A DNA stretch of 63,664 nt, the filler included. It is 13 parts of 13 records of this genome, joined end to end, with 100 filler letters (N's around TTAATTAATTAA, not from the genome) between each part and the next. Parts side by side here need not be neighbours in the genome. Positions count along the whole stretch, not along the records: positions 11,459 to 18,199 come from SRR15195285_153; positions 18,300 to 22,566 come from SRR15195285_154; positions 22,667 to 26,564 come from SRR15195285_155; 10 more parts are not named here. One strand, written 5' to 3'. How positions within the stretch are numbered: position 1 is the first letter of the stretch; every line of letters starts with the position of its first letter. A program made the position numbers and the translations under genes. The notes beneath the pieces were generated by a model. It saw nothing but the letters and a program-made list of their open reading frames with translations, made no database searches and was not told where the DNA came from. Positions 11,459 through 22,739 of the stretch are shown here, piece by piece.

Positions 11459-14400
11459 ATGGCTCCGTACTCGCACAACTGCGGTGATGGTGAGACCGTA
11501 GGCGTTGAGTGTAATGCCTGCCACGAGAACAATTTCAAGACGTACGAGATAGGCGCTGACGCCGGCCCGTTCACTCACTGGGAGTGGCGTTTCAGCGCCG
11601 CCACTGCCGGCGGCGGGTTGGAGCTGCGTGAAGTAGCGCTGTGGAATTGCCGGGGCACGGACGCCGAATCGCAGGCACCCATCACCAATGTAGTGATCGG
11701 CGAGCGTTCAGGCACATATGACATGGTCCCAGGCACGGTCCAGAACGTGTGCTTCCCTGGTCAGACGGGTGATTGCACAGGCCTCAACAACTCGTTTATA
11801 CCTTCGCTTAATGAGGACACGTACTCGTTGTGGACACATTACAACCTACGCAGTGGGGTGGACTACATCATATCGTGGTGGGCACCGTGTGTCGACACCC
11901 GTGGTGACTATTTCTTCTCCGGGTTCCGCGAATGGATGGATCCGCGAGGCGACGACAGTACCTGGTACTTCGTATCAGGTCCAGACGGAACCGACATCGA
12001 CGAGAGCGCTGCGCTGATGGCCCAGCTTCCAGTAGATATCCCGGCAGGAGCGATCTCCCAGCAAGACCTGCCCAGTGGCCTCGGGCCCCATCGCAGGCCT
12101 TCTTTTGCCACGTTCGCCGGTATTGACGTTGAGGTGATGTGTGCGCTTGCAAACAACGGCGCGTGCAACGAGTTCGGCTCGGGGTGCATTGAGGTCGACC
12201 AGGCTACCGGTCAGTGCAGCGCATTCGATGCAGATGGCTCACGTAGCACATACTGCGCGCCTGGAACCGATCAGTCCGATTGCGGCGACGCTCCAGAAAT
12301 GGTGCCCGGTACAATCGAAATGCCCGGTTCAAGTAGCCTTGGCTCCCTGTCTGATGGGGATACTGTGTATGCGCAGAGCGGTGCATGTGGCTGGTGTGGC
12401 GCTAGAGGCTCTGAGCCGATGTGTGGCGATGGTCACGAGGCCGACACCTATACGTGGACTGCGGAAATCCTTGGCGGGACATATCACCAGATTGGCATTG
12501 CCACCCCGCTCTGGAACGGTAGGGGCACCGACTCCAGCAACGACTACGACAACTTTGCGGTGCTGTACTCGCACCACTCTGGTTGGAATCGCCATCGCGG
12601 TGCAGCGCGCGAAGTTGACGTGCACTGGGGTGGCACGTGGGACAACACAAACAAGGGTCGGATGTTGGACGTAACCTTGGACTGCAGCGCGCACACGTTC
12701 AACGTTCGCACTGAAACTCAGAACCTGGGGACCATGAGCTATCCGGACCACTGGACTGTGGTACACAGCGTCTTCGCCGGACAGTCTAATGACAACAGGT
12801 ACAGACTGCGCAATGCCGAGGTGACGGGGCCAGTTGATGACACGTGCAAAACTGCCAACGACGGCAAATGCGACTACGCTCCTTGCGAGCCGTACACTGA
12901 CAGCGCGGATTGCCAGGCGAGTGTCGGGTGTACGGACCCTCATGCGTCGAACTACCAGCCTGGAGCTTTCGCTGACGACGGCTCCTGCGCACACCTAGCG
13001 CACATGGTCAACGACCAGATTCCTTCTGGAGGCCAGCCGCGGACCTTCACCGCGTGGATCAAACCCGAGTGCGAGGCGGACATGTACGGCAACCTGTTCG
13101 GATACGGCGACCCGGACGCGGATGGCGCGTCGTCGTTCGCACTTGGTGTCAAGTGCGCAATGCCGACCCCAGGAGGGAAGGTAAACATTCCGTACTCGGG
13201 GCATAGCTACTCGGCAATCTGGGGTAACGAGGCAGTTGGCAACGGCCACGGGCAAGGCCAGCTTGCAAGCCCACAGGCTTGGTCTGCGCCGACCAATAAC
13301 CAGAACCAGTGGATGCAGCTGACGATCTCAGGAGGGGAAGCGTGGGTGTCGGGTGTCGTAACGGCTGGTCGAGCCAATTCCGGCCAGTGGGTTACGTCGT
13401 ACAAGATCTCGTTTCTTGACGAGGCGGGTTCCTGGCGGTACATGACGTGCGGTGGGTCACACTGCATCTTTGCTGGCAACCAGGACCAGAATACGGAAGT
13501 GCAAGGCCTGTTCGACGAGCCGGTCTATACCACCGCCATTCGAATCCACCCGTGGGCGTGGCACAGCCACGTCAGCATGCGAGCAGGACTCCTGCTGCAG
13601 CCGGATGACCCCAAGACTCTCGGAGTGAAAATTCAGAAGACGAACACTGTGCAAGATCTTGGCATATGCGGCGGCATCGACGATTGGGGAACAACGCAGA
13701 ACGCGCTCGGAGTGGTGGTAACCTGTGTCGACGGAGTAGCGTATGCATTGTACGACTCCGACGCGGACCCGAATAACGGCTTCAATGCAGGGGAACTCAC
13801 AGAAACCTACGAGCGGTGTGCTTCACTCGGTCTCGAACCAGTTGCGGTGAGGTCGGCCGCTCATGTCCACAATGTTCTGCGCCCACTTGTGCAGAACCAG
13901 TGCGACGGCTGGAGCAGCAATGTGCCGGGCGGAGTGTTTCCGGACGGATGTCCCGCGGAGACACGACTCGGAACCAGCACGAGGACCTGCGGTGCGAACA
14001 ACTGCGGAGGCGACTGTTCCGTTGGCGGTTGCGGTGAAGGGTGCGAATACTGCCGGACGGAGTGCAGCCAAGGCTGTGATGGAGAGTATCGGCCAGGGTT
14101 TGACACCAACAACGGCCGGGGCATCCCGTTAGGCTACCACTACGACGCTGACGCCAATAGAAATTATAGGTCAATGACTGACGAGGCAGATGATGCTGGT
14201 GCAATATTTGCGGAGCTGCAAAGCAGCTACGGCTACAACGGTGATTGGCATACGCATCAGAGTTCTCAGCACTGGGCCGGATTCGGCTGGGGCAGAAACC
14301 AGAACGACCCAGGCATTGAGGACTGGGGGCCCGAACATGAGTTTGCAGCGATCATCTGCTCTGACAACGGGCCGCCACCTCCGGTAGATAACTCCACGGT

Positions 14401-17400
14401 CTGGCTGCCAGGCCTCGCTCTGGACTACGAGTGGTCGCACGTTGCTCTGTCCTTCGCAGAGGACAACATGCTGACCCTGTACGTCAACGGTGAGCTCGTC
14501 GGCCAGTTCGCAGACCTGGTGGATGTCCCCATCGATACAGCGCCAGTTTCTGAAGATTTGCCGTTCGTCATCGGCGCCGGAGCCTGGGTAGACTATCCTT
14601 ACGAGGAACGATGGGACTTCAAGGGTTTAATCCACAGCGTGAAGGTCTGGAACCGCGTACTCACGGACGCCGAGGTGCGCCTTGACCAGGATACGTGCGT
14701 CATCCGTTCTCTGGGCCCGATGAGATGTACAGGCGATGACGACAGCACAGGCACACCGTGCACCCTCAACGCCGACTTGACCAATTGCGCGATCCTGGCA
14801 GGCGACTGCAGCTACGAGTCCGTGCCGGTGTCCGAACGCGATTTGTACACAGACGGCTCACTGGTCGCGTACTATAGCATGGACAAGACAGGGACGGTGA
14901 TTGACCGAACAACCAATTCACTGGACCTCGTTGACAACACTTGGCTTGTAGGCGGCGGCGGATCGCGCAACGCAACTGCACAGGAATGCCCTTGTGCTCA
15001 CGCCGACGCGGAATCCGGCGACTGTTTGCACCTCGTGGAGCCTCCGGTGACGATCGTTCCCGTGGCCAGCTCGGAGGTCTACAGACTGGTTGCGAACTTC
15101 ACATGCGTGGAGGGAGAACTCTCGGAACTGACCGCATTCGACGACTCGAGCAGTTGCAATGCAGAGCACATCATAAGCGATGATGTTCTCGATAGGCTCA
15201 TCACCGGCATTCGCGTCGTCCGTCTGGACGGCGGGGAGGCAAGCTGGGATTTCCCAGCAAGGACGTTGCGCGCCGCCTTTGACCAGGACTGGCAGAACAT
15301 CGGATTCGAGAATGATCAGTACAAATTGTTGGCTGGCGAGAGCAGCAACCCGAACGAGAATCTGTACATATTCAACGACGGTGATGCGTACAACTACGAC
15401 GCTGGCGGTTGCCCCGCAGCTGGTCCGTATTCAGCTGGGTGGCAGACTAGCTGTCCGGGCACCCCGAACGGCCTCGTGTCCATGACTCCAGGCAACTCAA
15501 TACACGGCGACGAAAGCTCCTGCAACTACCGGAGCACGTGGGGGCATATCGTACGGCAAATGTATGTCACACCTGCACAAGATTGCAATGTGACGGGTTA
15601 CATTCCACAAGCTACCGTTCCGTTCCCAGCAGACTGCTGCGCGCCAACGTGCACCGTTCTGCACGATGAGATCGGTGAATACGACGCAGGCGGGTGCCCG
15701 CCGATTGGAGATGCGCCACCGCCACCGCCGCCACCGCCGCCGCCAGAATGCACCGAGGGAGTGTGCCGGGTTGCCGCGCCCGAAGCTTCGCTTGGCTGTG
15801 CAAGCTTCAAGGTCACCGAGGACGGCTCGCAGAACAATGTGTACGGCCCCAGCTCGGAACATGGCGGGCACAGAACCACCACGTCCGACGCAACGGGCAT
15901 ATCTATGTTCAGCGAATGGGGCGAGAGCGCCCTGTATTCTGGTGGTGGTTCCGGAGACTGGTTCCGGTTCAAGGTCGAGTTCGCGGAACCCGTGTCGCTC
16001 AGTGGAGTCTCGATCAAGCAAGATGCCGGCGGTGAGTTCTTCATTAAAGATGAGAACGGAAACGAGTGGGCTCGAAGTCACTGCTACGTCACGAACGGCA
16101 ACAGCGTGAATGACTGCAACCTGAACTTCGCCACCCAGGCTGTTCAGACCGTGTACGTCGGCATGTGGAGCCACCACAGCACGTGGTCGTGGTGGAAAGA
16201 ACCCGTCTTCCGGTGCGCAACAGACTCAGATGAGTCATGGTCTACACCGGGAAACGCAGCCCTCCTGAATCGCAGGAACACCTATGCAGGTTTGGGCACA
16301 GTACACGGCCCGTGGGGCAACGATCTGCGCGACGTGTCTCTCACTCTCACTCTCGACACCGATGTCGAGAAGTGCTCGTACGCTTGGCGCCAGTGGTACA
16401 GCGACTCGCGTGACAGCGAGCGGGACTGGGTAGAGATAGATGGCGTCGAGGTGTGGGGAGAGAACATTCAATTCCATAACGATGCTCGCTGCATGTCCGG
16501 CTGGACCCGAGACCCGACAGGCAATTTTCCGCAGCCGTGGAACGGCGCGAACGCGCCGGCATGCTACAAAGATTTCCGAATGATCCTGCCGTGTTCCGGC
16601 TCGACCGTCGTTCGCTGGCGCTCGAACATCGATCAGGGGACCGCCGACGAGGCCTGGGGGTTCTCGGACGTCGTCGTCTCCGGTCGTATTCAAGACGGTG
16701 TCGAGTATGCCGACCTCGATTATCGTCCGCAGGATGCGTACGACACTGACGTCGCCACGTTCAGCCATATGGTTCCGGAGGGCTCTACCTCCCGCGTAGT
16801 GCAGTTGCAGTTCCAGACGGGCGAATCGCAGATTGTCCGCGGCATGAGGATGACGTTGGCGGGCGTGCCTGAACGAGCGGAGGGGCCAGCAGCCTACGAT
16901 TTCATCCGCGTATCGACGAAGGATGGTGCGTCTGATGGGGTAGAGGGCTTCACGGCTGTTGCGGGCTTGGAGAACGGCCTTGAAGGCGAGGAGTTGTTCC
17001 CGGACAGCTTCCCGCACAACATCGTAGTGCAGCCTCTGCAAATGGGTGGCACACCAACACTGGCCGCCGCACTGTCGTTCGATGCTGTTGTCGCGAACCA
17101 AGTGCAGCTGGAGTTCACAGTAGTCGGAGGAGGTGAAGTGCCAGTCAATTTCGATGCGGTCACCTCTATGCCGCTGTTTGAGGTCGAGCTCATCGGTGAG
17201 TGCCTCGGTGGCCCATGCGCGGACAGAACGCGCAACATCGGGCGTGGAACGGAGCTTCGAGAGTGCAGCGCACAGGAGATGGAGTCGACCATGCTGAAAC
17301 CACCTGCGCTGTTCACCAACCTCGGGAAAGGTGACACGACTCCGCGTGATTGCCGCGACGGCCCAACCAGCACTGCCGGATACACTGGCACACCGCTTGA

Positions 17401-18196
17401 GGGAGCGGTTGAACTCGCGGCCGGTATGCAGCTGTGGGAGGTCCCACGCTCAGGTCGGTACCGCATCACTGCCTGCGGCGCGCGCGGTGGGTTCCACGAT
17501 TCAGGCAGCAACATAGCCGGTCCAGGCGCGTGCATGTCGGGATCATTCCAACTCGACGGCGGCGAGGTGCTTCGGATCCTTGTTGGCCAAAAGGGAGATG
17601 ACCGCTTCAACCGGGGTGACTGGGGCGCTGGCGGTGGAGGCGGCACGTTCGTGGTGAAAAACGACAACTGGGCAGATCCCGACAGCGTTCTTGTGATCGC
17701 TGGAGGCGGCGCCGGCTCTGACGATCGGAACCAAAATAACGCGAATCTTGCCGTGATGGGCGGGTCAATTGACACCAGCGGCAACATGGGGTCCTGTGGC
17801 CAGCAGCCAGGAGCGAACGGTGGCGGAGGACACGGCTCCGCCGCATCAGGTGCAGCAGGCTTTTTACAGCGTGGCCTCAGCGGGCACGCTAGCACCAAGC
17901 CGCAGGCCTTCATTGAAGGCGGTCTCGGTGCCGATTACCACTGGGACGGAGGCTTCGGTGGAGGCGGTGGGCCGTACAATGGCGGCGGTGCTGGAGGAGG
18001 CTGGAGTGGAGGCTCCGGCTGCGACGCGAATTCATCTGGAGGTGGCGGCTCGCTGAACAACGGTGACGATCAAATTAACTGGTCAGCCGCAGCCCCATCG
18101 GACGATGATCAGGCGGGTAGCTTTGACGGGTACGGCGGGTGCCCGGACGGGTGCCCCGAAGGGAACTATGCCCAGGGATGGGTGCTCATTCAGTAG
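11459..18196 (+). CDS. Very large extracellular multidomain protein, probably 5' partial: Cys-rich repeats, SPRY-like, LamG/pentraxin, discoidin (F5/8C), and a C-terminal ALK/LTK-type glycine-rich domain
   Basis: 2245-aa ORF filling the contig. GCTDPHASNY...ADDGSC motif; discoidin QWMQL...GVVTAGR...QWVTSYKI...IRIHP...SMRAGL; LamG WSHVAL...LYVNG...FKGLIHSVKVWNRVL; QLWEVPRSGRYRITACGARGG...ILVGQKG...GGGGGTFV. Confidence 0.85.
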   Translation: MAPYSHNCGDGETVGVECNACHENNFKTYEIGADAGPFTHWEWRFSAATAGGGLELREVALWNCRGTDAESQAPITNVVIGERSGTYDMVPGTVQNVCFPGQTGDCTGLNNSFIPSLNEDTYSLWTHYNLRSGVDYIISWWAPCVDTRGDYFFSGFREWMDPRGDDSTWYFVSGPDGTDIDESAALMAQLPVDIPAGAISQQDLPSGLGPHRRPSFATFAGIDVEVMCALANNGACNEFGSGCIEVDQATGQCSAFDADGSRSTYCAPGTDQSDCGDAPEMVPGTIEMPGSSSLGSLSDGDTVYAQSGACGWCGARGSEPMCGDGHEADTYTWTAEILGGTYHQIGIATPLWNGRGTDSSNDYDNFAVLYSHHSGWNRHRGAAREVDVHWGGTWDNTNKGRMLDVTLDCSAHTFNVRTETQNLGTMSYPDHWTVVHSVFAGQSNDNRYRLRNAEVTGPVDDTCKTANDGKCDYAPCEPYTDSADCQASVGCTDPHASNYQPGAFADDGSCAHLAHMVNDQIPSGGQPRTFTAWIKPECEADMYGNLFGYGDPDADGASSFALGVKCAMPTPGGKVNIPYSGHSYSAIWGNEAVGNGHGQGQLASPQAWSAPTNNQNQWMQLTISGGEAWVSGVVTAGRANSGQWVTSYKISFLDEAGSWRYMTCGGSHCIFAGNQDQNTEVQGLFDEPVYTTAIRIHPWAWHSHVSMRAGLLLQPDDPKTLGVKIQKTNTVQDLGICGGIDDWGTTQNALGVVVTCVDGVAYALYDSDADPNNGFNAGELTETYERCASLGLEPVAVRSAAHVHNVLRPLVQNQCDGWSSNVPGGVFPDGCPAETRLGTSTRTCGANNCGGDCSVGGCGEGCEYCRTECSQGCDGEYRPGFDTNNGRGIPLGYHYDADANRNYRSMTDEADDAGAIFAELQSSYGYNGDWHTHQSSQHWAGFGWGRNQNDPGIEDWGPEHEFAAIICSDNGPPPPVDNSTVWLPGLALDYEWSHVALSFAEDNMLTLYVNGELVGQFADLVDVPIDTAPVSEDLPFVIGAGAWVDYPYEERWDFKGLIHSVKVWNRVLTDAEVRLDQDTCVIRSLGPMRCTGDDDSTGTPCTLNADLTNCAILAGDCSYESVPVSERDLYTDGSLVAYYSMDKTGTVIDRTTNSLDLVDNTWLVGGGGSRNATAQECPCAHADAESGDCLHLVEPPVTIVPVASSEVYRLVANFTCVEGELSELTAFDDSSSCNAEHIISDDVLDRLITGIRVVRLDGGEASWDFPARTLRAAFDQDWQNIGFENDQYKLLAGESSNPNENLYIFNDGDAYNYDAGGCPAAGPYSAGWQTSCPGTPNGLVSMTPGNSIHGDESSCNYRSTWGHIVRQMYVTPAQDCNVTGYIPQATVPFPADCCAPTCTVLHDEIGEYDAGGCPPIGDAPPPPPPPPPPECTEGVCRVAAPEASLGCASFKVTEDGSQNNVYGPSSEHGGHRTTTSDATGISMFSEWGESALYSGGGSGDWFRFKVEFAEPVSLSGVSIKQDAGGEFFIKDENGNEWARSHCYVTNGNSVNDCNLNFATQAVQTVYVGMWSHHSTWSWWKEPVFRCATDSDESWSTPGNAALLNRRNTYAGLGTVHGPWGNDLRDVSLTLTLDTDVEKCSYAWRQWYSDSRDSERDWVEIDGVEVWGENIQFHNDARCMSGWTRDPTGNFPQPWNGANAPACYKDFRMILPCSGSTVVRWRSNIDQGTADEAWGFSDVVVSGRIQDGVEYADLDYRPQDAYDTDVATFSHMVPEGSTSRVVQLQFQTGESQIVRGMRMTLAGVPERAEGPAAYDFIRVSTKDGASDGVEGFTAVAGLENGLEGEELFPDSFPHNIVVQPLQMGGTPTLAAALSFDAVVANQVQLEFTVVGGGEVPVNFDAVTSMPLFEVELIGECLGGPCADRTRNIGRGTELRECSAQEMESTMLKPPALFTNLGKGDTTPRDCRDGPTSTAGYTGTPLEGAVELAAGMQLWEVPRSGRYRITACGARGGFHDSGSNIAGPGACMSGSFQLDGGEVLRILVGQKGDDRFNRGDWGAGGGGGTFVVKNDNWADPDSVLVIAGGGAGSDDRNQNNANLAVMGGSIDTSGNMGSCGQQPGANGGGGHGSAASGAAGFLQRGLSGHASTKPQAFIEGGLGADYHWDGGFGGGGGPYNGGGAGGGWSGGSGCDANSSGGGGSLNNGDDQINWSAAAPSDDDQAGSFDGYGGCPDGCPEGNYAQGWVLIQ

Positions 18197-18299
18197 CCCN
18201 NNNNNNNNNNNNNNNNNNNNNNNNNNNNNNNNNNNNNNNNNNNTTAATTAATTAANNNNNNNNNNNNNNNNNNNNNNNNNNNNNNNNNNNNNNNNNNNN

Positions 18300-21022
18300 C
18301 ACAGCCACAGCCAGAGCCACAGCCAGAGCAGCCGGCGCCTAGCTGGGCTAAGCCTGCGCTGGTGGCGAAGCCGGCGGTGAGGAATGAGGCGCCGCAGGCT
18401 GAGCGACAGCCGGATCTACCGACATCCGGACAGTCCCAAGCTGTGTTGGCGAACCTCGGGGTTGCATCAGCCAATGCTGCGTCAAGCAGTGCTGCGCCAA
18501 GCAGTGACGCAGCAATGACCTTCAAGCAGTTGACAGTTACCCTGCAACAGCTCGAGGAGGAGGCTCGTGCAGGCAAAGCGGCACAGAAGGCTCTGGAGCA
18601 TCTGCACCAAAAATGCGACGGCTTGCAGGCGGAACTTGCCGAAGAACGGCACAGGTCTTCTGCAGCGGTCCAGCTCTTGGACAAAACAGTGGCTGACTGG
18701 ACCGAGCGGTGCAATTCAATGGCAGCCGATACCAAACGCCTCAACGCGGAGGTTGTGGGACAGCGCGCAGAAATCTTACGCCTTGCCGCTGAGAAGGACG
18801 CCTTGGCGCAGCAGCTCAGGGCAGCGACCCAGCTGTCGACTTCTTCTCCAAGGCGGAGCGCCAGTAGCGTTCCACCTCGCAGCCGGCGCACCAGCAGCGG
18901 TTCACCTCGTAGAACTCCATCGACACCGCGGGCAGCTTCTCCGGTTGGTGTGGTGCTGTATGAAGTTCTGCGCCGCGCTCGAGTACGAGCTGGTTGTGAG
19001 GTCGACTCCCCAGAGATCGGGTACCTGGAGCCCGGAGAGCGTGTTGAGGTGATGGAGGGTCGACCTTCACGCGTTGGTCACAAACGCCTCAAGGTACTAT
19101 TTCAGAGTGGCGTGGTGGACTGGACGGGCCAGCGCCGCGTAGGTTGGACTTCGGCGATGAGCGCATCGGGGTCAATCCTTCTGCAGCCCGCTAGTGCGGG
19201 AAGTATCCAACGCAACGAGGACACCGCTGCCGGCGATGATACCGCGTCGCGTGGCAACCACGACACGCGGAGTAGTGCGACTCGGTTGTCTTCGCCACCT
19301 GCTCGATCGCAGACACCGCAACCTGTTGGGACGCGTGATGCGCCTTCCTTGCGCCTGGAAAAGCAGCCTGATGCCGAAGCAGCCTTTGCCCCTGCCAACG
19401 CAGGGGCAACCAGTGCTGAGGGTGCAGAGCAACTCCGCATTCACAGTCTGCAGGTTACCCTGAAGGAAGCTCAGATGGCCACAGAAGCAGCTCGGCGACA
19501 GGCCCGACGTGCAGCGTACAAGCAAACGTACGCAGAGATTCGAGTCGTCCGTGTTCGCCAGACTGCCGAAGCAGGTCTGAGGCGCCGGGCCCTCTATGCC
19601 GTAGTGCGTGACGGCTTTCGGCGCTGGAAGCAGCTTACACCCTTGCCCGATGCAGCTCAACGTCAGACGCAAGTGCAGCCGCAGACGCAGCCTCCACCAC
19701 TCCCTCGAGCAATTCTGGCACCGCCACAGGACCAACCGCCGCTGCACGTTTCTGTGGACAATCTGCAGAAAGTGGCTGAAGGTCTGCATCGAGATGTCCT
19801 CGCACTTCGCAACTCACCGAGATTATCCCCAGCTTCAACGAGGCTGACCACTACAACGCCAAGCATGTCACGATCTCGGTTGGACCTTACTCCAGGAGAA
19901 AAGGAAGAATGGCAAGAGCTGCTGCACCACAGGCAAAGCACCACCCCGCCACAATTTGGAGACAGCCTGGTTGGCGAGAAGCGCGACGTGTCCCAGCGTT
20001 TGAAGTCTTGTGGAGTCGGTTCGCGAAAACTTGAGTCCTTACGACAGCGCATGAAGGCGCATTCGTATGGTCAGAGCGGCCAGGACCCGCGAAAACTGTT
20101 CCAACACTTTGACCGCGACAATACCGGCGAACTCGGGTTCGAAGAGTTCAAAGCAGCAGTAAGAAAGGTTGGCCGAATGACGATCAAACAGATTACGGAC
20201 AAGGTATGTGCTGCTGGATCCACCAGTGCATTTGAATCAATGAGATACTCATCTGCCTTGTCGCCCTTATAAGAAGCCGCAGTACCACGATGCATAGTTG
20301 TCCATCGTTTGCACTTTCGTGAGTAACAACTGTCCCCATGGTGTTTGCAGGAGCTAGTGAAGCTGTTCCGGGTGCTCGATGAGGACAATAGTGGCAACGT
20401 CGACATCGACGAGCTGACTGCATTTATATGGGGGCCGGGAAAGACGCAGCAGCACTCGGCGTCGCCGATCAGCTGTGAGCCAACCTCATCGGCGGCAGAG
20501 CCGATGCCAGATGAGCCATTGATTGGCGTAGAGCTGACACCTACAGTGGAAAGGCACATCATCAAAATTCAAGCTGCGGTGCGTGGGAAAGCGGTCCGCA
20601 CTCCACCAGGGATGCCCGGGCACTCGTCTGATGAGGACGATCAGGACACGACGATGGACCGCGTCGAAGCCGCGGCAGTTGCAATTCAAGCGCGAGTACG
20701 TGGTCGGCTGGTGCGGCGAATGGCTGCTACGGAACGGCTTACTCTGGCCAAACTGGCACCACATTTGCGTGTCGAGCTAGGCAATGACATTGATGTAGCA
20801 CAGTGGCTGGTTGCCCAAAATGCCGAAGACCTAATCGATGGCATTAAGCACGACTTCGGCATCATGACACTGCGTGATCTGATCGCCGTCGTGCAAGAGC
20901 CAGTTGACTGGAGCATATTCATTCCTGACGACGAGGCACGAGGCATGTCACTATGGGCGGCAATGCAGGCAGAAAAGTCACCAGGGCCTCCGGCCGGCAA
21001 TGGCCATAGTGATAGATTATGA
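18300..21022 (+). CDS. Coiled-coil / SH3-like / EF-hand pair / IQ-motif protein, 5' partial; intron 20204-20350
   Basis: Starts in a QPQPEP repeat. YEVLRRARVRAG...GYLEPGE...GWTS (SH3-like), EF-hands DRDNTGELGFEE and DEDNSGNVDIDE, IQ motifs IQAAVRG and IQARVRG. Confidence 0.8.
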
Positions 21023-21297
21023 CAATCACCGATACAGTGACATGAAATTAGGGGGCGATAATTATGGTAGACTAACAGCGAATGCAGCACATTCACGTTC
21101 GTCACTCGTGGGCGTCTACGACTGTATCGCTGGCGGAAGGTGTCCCCGCTGCACAATTGACTCACAGCACCGGATGCGTGCATGCATTGCTGCGTAGTAC
21201 ACGAATCTGCCTAGAAGCTTGTGCAGTATAAGATCGGGAGAGAGCGGTCCGTAGTGCATAGGCAGAACACTTAAGTCTTCAAATTGCTCCAGCTCAC

Positions 21298-22101
21298 TCA
21301 GAAGCTCTCAGACTGAATCGCAGCTGCAGATGTCCTACTCTTGGCCTCAAGATGTCGCGGTCGTCGTTCCCAAGCAGCCGTGGCTCCTAGGACCAGATCG
21401 GGGGCGCGCGCACGGTCCGTCGTAGCTACGTCTGCGTTGCTTGGGATAAGAGTTGCCACCAACGAGCAAAGGTCCGGACTGAGCAGCGCCACTGGACTGC
21501 CTTCGCCAAGGCGTGCGTGCATTGCTGTTGTCCATGAAAGCGTTTGGCGCCTCGCGACAAGCCGCTGAACACGCGAGAATGCGTTGCGCAGCTTGTGCGC
21601 GCCCTTGCCACCTTTGGTCATCACAATATCGTATGGTGAAGGAGCGGAAGTCTCCATGCCCATCGGCGCCCCAGCGCCCAGAAGCAGGTCGACAATACCG
21701 ACGGTACCCTTTTTGACGGCAAAATGTAGTGGAGTCCACGTCTGCGCTGTTCCGCCTTCAAACCTCGACGCGATTTTCGCCCTGGCAGACAAGTTCGCGC
21801 CACCAACTACCAGAATTCTGGCCAGCTCCAGGTCGCCCTCTTCACAGGCTTTGTGCAGAGCGGTCCCACCGTAGCCGTTAAGGTCGGCTGAGAGATCCGC
21901 GCCCTCACTCGCCAGCTGCCTCACCGCCTGGTGATGGCCCTTGGGCTTCTTCCAGTGCTGGCACCCACGTCCGTCCGGGCCGGCCAAGCTGCCGGCGAAC
22001 GTGCCCCACGTACACTGCACTAGCCGCGCTGCCTGCTCATCAGATAGTTCAATGCAGACCCGCGTGCTGGGCGGCCGTGGCAGCACGCTCGCTGGCAGCA
22101 T
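21298..22101 (-). CDS. Ankyrin-repeat protein
   Basis: GTALHKACEEGDLELARILVVGGA and WTPLHFAVKKGTVGIVDLLLGAGA. ATG taken at 22101; the start is uncertain. Confidence 0.8.
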   Translation of the reverse strand: MLPASVLPRPPSTRVCIELSDEQAARLVQCTWGTFAGSLAGPDGRGCQHWKKPKGHHQAVRQLASEGADLSADLNGYGGTALHKACEEGDLELARILVVGGANLSARAKIASRFEGGTAQTWTPLHFAVKKGTVGIVDLLLGAGAPMGMETSAPSPYDIVMTKGGKGAHKLRNAFSRVQRLVARRQTLSWTTAMHARLGEGSPVALLSPDLCSLVATLIPSNADVATTDRARAPDLVLGATAAWERRPRHLEAKSRTSAAAIQSESF

Positions 22102-22739
22102 GGACCCTGAATCCGGGCCCGCCGCTCCGCAAGTCTCGCTGTGCGCTAATCTGCAGCTGGAGAGGTATTGGATGGCTCGAGCCAAACTACTGGCACAGCA
22201 GTACCGCTCGGATCCTACATACATGCTAGCGCTAGTGCACGCGTGGCCGTGCACCGGACGGTCCATCCTAACCGATACCCCGCACATGCGTGCCCTGGCA
22301 TCTTCAACCTACTAAGCTCTAACCCTGTTCCCCAGCTCCCGCGAGCCCCAGAGCCCCGTCTCGCGATTCAACTGCAGGATCGACGATGCGCACTATCGAA
22401 TACTATACGGTATACGGCGCGCGCGCGCGCGCGTACGTACCGCCCACACCGGATTTTTACTACTAGATCTAGCTAGTAGGAAGCATATTCATAGTCGACA
22501 TAGTACACCGCCGCCGCCGCCACCGGCGTGCGGCGATGATCTTGGAGTCAATCGATAAGCGCCGGANNNNNNNNNNNNNNNNNNNNNNNNNNNNNNNNNN
22601 NNNNNNNNNNTTAATTAATTAANNNNNNNNNNNNNNNNNNNNNNNNNNNNNNNNNNNNNNNNNNNNTGGTGGTGGTGGTGTCTTGAGGCCACTTTCGCAG
22701 GGCTGGGGTGGGCAGGCTGCAACTTTTATTGCCCCCGAG

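Noticed and set aside
16894-17913. Long antisense ORFs (e.g. 16894-17913, 16235-17101, 32089-33063)
   Set aside because: Shadows of GC3-rich coding sequence on the opposite strand, with no recognisable motifs.
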